Positions 46,542-47,774 of a DNA stretch of 47,774 bases are shown in pieces. The DNA is from an uncultured Gammaproteobacteria bacterium. Lineage in GTDB: Bacteria; Pseudomonadota; Gammaproteobacteria; Pseudomonadales; Azotimanducaceae. Each line of letters opens with the position of its first letter. The first letter of the stretch is position 1. The stretch covers positions 1 to 47,774 of the forward strand of contig CAJWCW010000001.1 in NCBI GenBank assembly GCA_913030615.1, given 5' to 3'. A program made the translations under genes and the position numbers. Below the pieces are notes generated by a model that was not told the DNA's origin, made no database searches, and worked only from the letters and a program-made list of their open reading frames with translations.

Positions 46542-47744
46542 TTAAAAGTCCCCAGCTGGTGTCGCCCGTGCTCTGGCTGGTGCCCAGAAAGGTTCCTGTT
46601 TGATGCAGCATTTAGCTACTTTGCTGTACTGCCTGAGTTCCTTTTCATAATAGATTTCGGACCAAATTTCTCCGTCGAGATACTCGGTCTCGATCATCGC
46701 AAGTGCAATATTCGCCTTTGCCGCTGGCGACCACATGCCTGAAGTGACGTAACCAATTTCGTCCGTGCAACGCTTACTGCTGTAAACGAACGAACCTTCG
46801 GCAGGCTTGTTGCCCTCGATATCCAGCTTGGTCAAGGTGTACGTTGGACCGCGTTGTTGCTCGGCCCACAAGGCGCGCCGGCCATTGAAGTGAGGCTTCT
46901 TGAAGTCGACCAACCAACCCAGATTGAGTTCGAACGGTGTCTGATCGTGCTCAAAATGGACCGTTTTTAGAGCTTCGTTGAATTCGTACCCGGGCATAAT
47001 GAAGCCGGCTTCGAGCCGCAACATATTGGTCGCCTGGTCGCCATAGGGATGAATACCTAGATCGCGGCCGGCTTCGTAGACCGCGTCCCACAGCTGGATA
47101 GCGAGTTCGTGGTCTATCCATAGTTCGTAACCAAGATCGCCGGTGAAACCCGTTCTGGACACCATGAGTCTGTCACCGTGAAAATCGAAATAGTTGATCG
47201 AGAACGGCTTTGCGTTCTCGATGTTGGTAAGGCCCATGCGTTTAAGTACAGCGCACGAGGTTGGCCCTTGCAGCGCCATTGCAGCAATCTCGTCGGTTTT
47301 GTCGACAATGGTGGTGTTAAATCCAAAGGCGCTTTTGTCCAGCCAGGCTGTGCAGGGACTACCACAATTCAAAACGAATTGGTCGTCGGCTAGTTTGAAA
47401 ATGGTGCCGTCGTCGATCAGGCGCCCCTCATCGTTGCACCACACCACGTAGCTAGCGCGATTGGTCCGCATCTTCGTTACGTCGCGGGTCACCATCCTGT
47501 TGAGCATTCTCTCCGCATCTGGACCGCTGATGAGGTATTTCTGCATCGGGCAAATGTCGTAGGTGCCACAGGTATTGCGAACGCAGAAATATTCGTACTC
47601 CACGTCGTAAAAGTACTCTGCGAATTTGTAACCGTTCCATGAAGACCAAGCGTCGTGAATATTGAGTTCGTCTTGGCGTTGCTGGAAGTGGCTGGGCTTA
47701 GGACGCTCACTTGAAAAATCGTAGTCACTCATCGTCGAAGTCAT
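46542..47744 (-). CDS. GcvT-family aminomethyltransferase (folate-dependent demethylase-like)
   Basis: About 400 aa. MALQGP, RTGFTGDLGYELW, and C-terminal barrel. The start is ATG 47744 or 47732. Substrate not inferable. Confidence 0.8.
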   Translation of the reverse strand: MTSTMSDYDFSSERPKPSHFQQRQDELNIHDAWSSWNGYKFAEYFYDVEYEYFCVRNTCGTYDICPMQKYLISGPDAERMLNRMVTRDVTKMRTNRASYVVWCNDEGRLIDDGTIFKLADDQFVLNCGSPCTAWLDKSAFGFNTTIVDKTDEIAAMALQGPTSCAVLKRMGLTNIENAKPFSINYFDFHGDRLMVSRTGFTGDLGYELWIDHELAIQLWDAVYEAGRDLGIHPYGDQATNMLRLEAGFIMPGYEFNEALKTVHFEHDQTPFELNLGWLVDFKKPHFNGRRALWAEQQRGPTYTLTKLDIEGNKPAEGSFVYSSKRCTDEIGYVTSGMWSPAAKANIALAMIETEYLDGEIWSEIYYEKELRQYSKVAKCCIKQEPFWAPARARATPAGDF

Positions 47745-47774
47745 CTGCGGGAACACTATTGGGTCGCTTAAGAT

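Noticed and set aside
1-47774. UGA as a general sense codon (genetic code 4 or 25) instead of selenocysteine
   Set aside because: Only two in-frame TGAs occur in about 42 genes, and both sit at a Cys/Sec redox position. Six genes end sensibly at TGA: the family-typical C-terminus is reached, or the next gene starts immediately. A reassigned code would scatter TGAs through most genes.
1-47774. Mobile elements, defence systems, CRISPR arrays, toxin-antitoxin pairs
   Set aside because: There is no transposase, integrase, recombinase, Cas, restriction or abortive-infection-like ORF. There is no regularly spaced direct-repeat array. The only repeat family found is the two-copy palindrome.

Overview
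This is a 47.8-kb, gene-dense chromosomal segment with about 42 protein-coding genes on both strands. I recognised no rRNA, tRNA, CRISPR array, transposase, integrase or phage gene. No phylogenetic marker lies in the window, so I do not assign a taxon. The content is catabolic and redox. It includes four PhyH-type and one TauD-type Fe(II)/2OG dioxygenases, a CmcJ-like oxygenase, a Baeyer-Villiger monooxygenase and a carotenoid-cleavage-type oxygenase. It also includes a PQQ quinohemoprotein alcohol dehydrogenase, ACAD-fold flavoproteins, a tandem-domain family III CoA-transferase, a DMGDH-like enzyme and a GcvT-like folate enzyme. An omega-aminotransferase/methylmalonate-semialdehyde dehydrogenase pair and two mirror-image amidohydrolase + COG0523 GTPase cassettes complete the list. 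Main hunt result: two genes that the ORF track splits are each one reading frame interrupted by a single in-frame TGA. In both, the TGA sits exactly at a redox-active Cys position. One is a redoxin with W-U-P-P-C (TGA at 15299-15301). The other is a GrdB-family selenoprotein-B-like protein with V-U-P-L-C-T-R (TGA at 23840-23842). Each TGA is followed by a small hairpin, so I predict selenocysteine recoding. The GrdB-like gene is an orphan: no grdA/C/D/E is in the window, and it sits behind two 2OG dioxygenases. Secondary observations: (1) a 12-bp-arm palindromic repeat is present in two divergent intergenic regions; (2) a DUF3667 gene has its conserved zinc ribbon upstream of any canonical start codon; (3) stop-codon usage is TAG-rich and TGA-poor; (4) a 474-bp ORF-poor intergenic region ends in a 45-nt tract with no G. 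All family calls were made by eye from motifs, with no database search.
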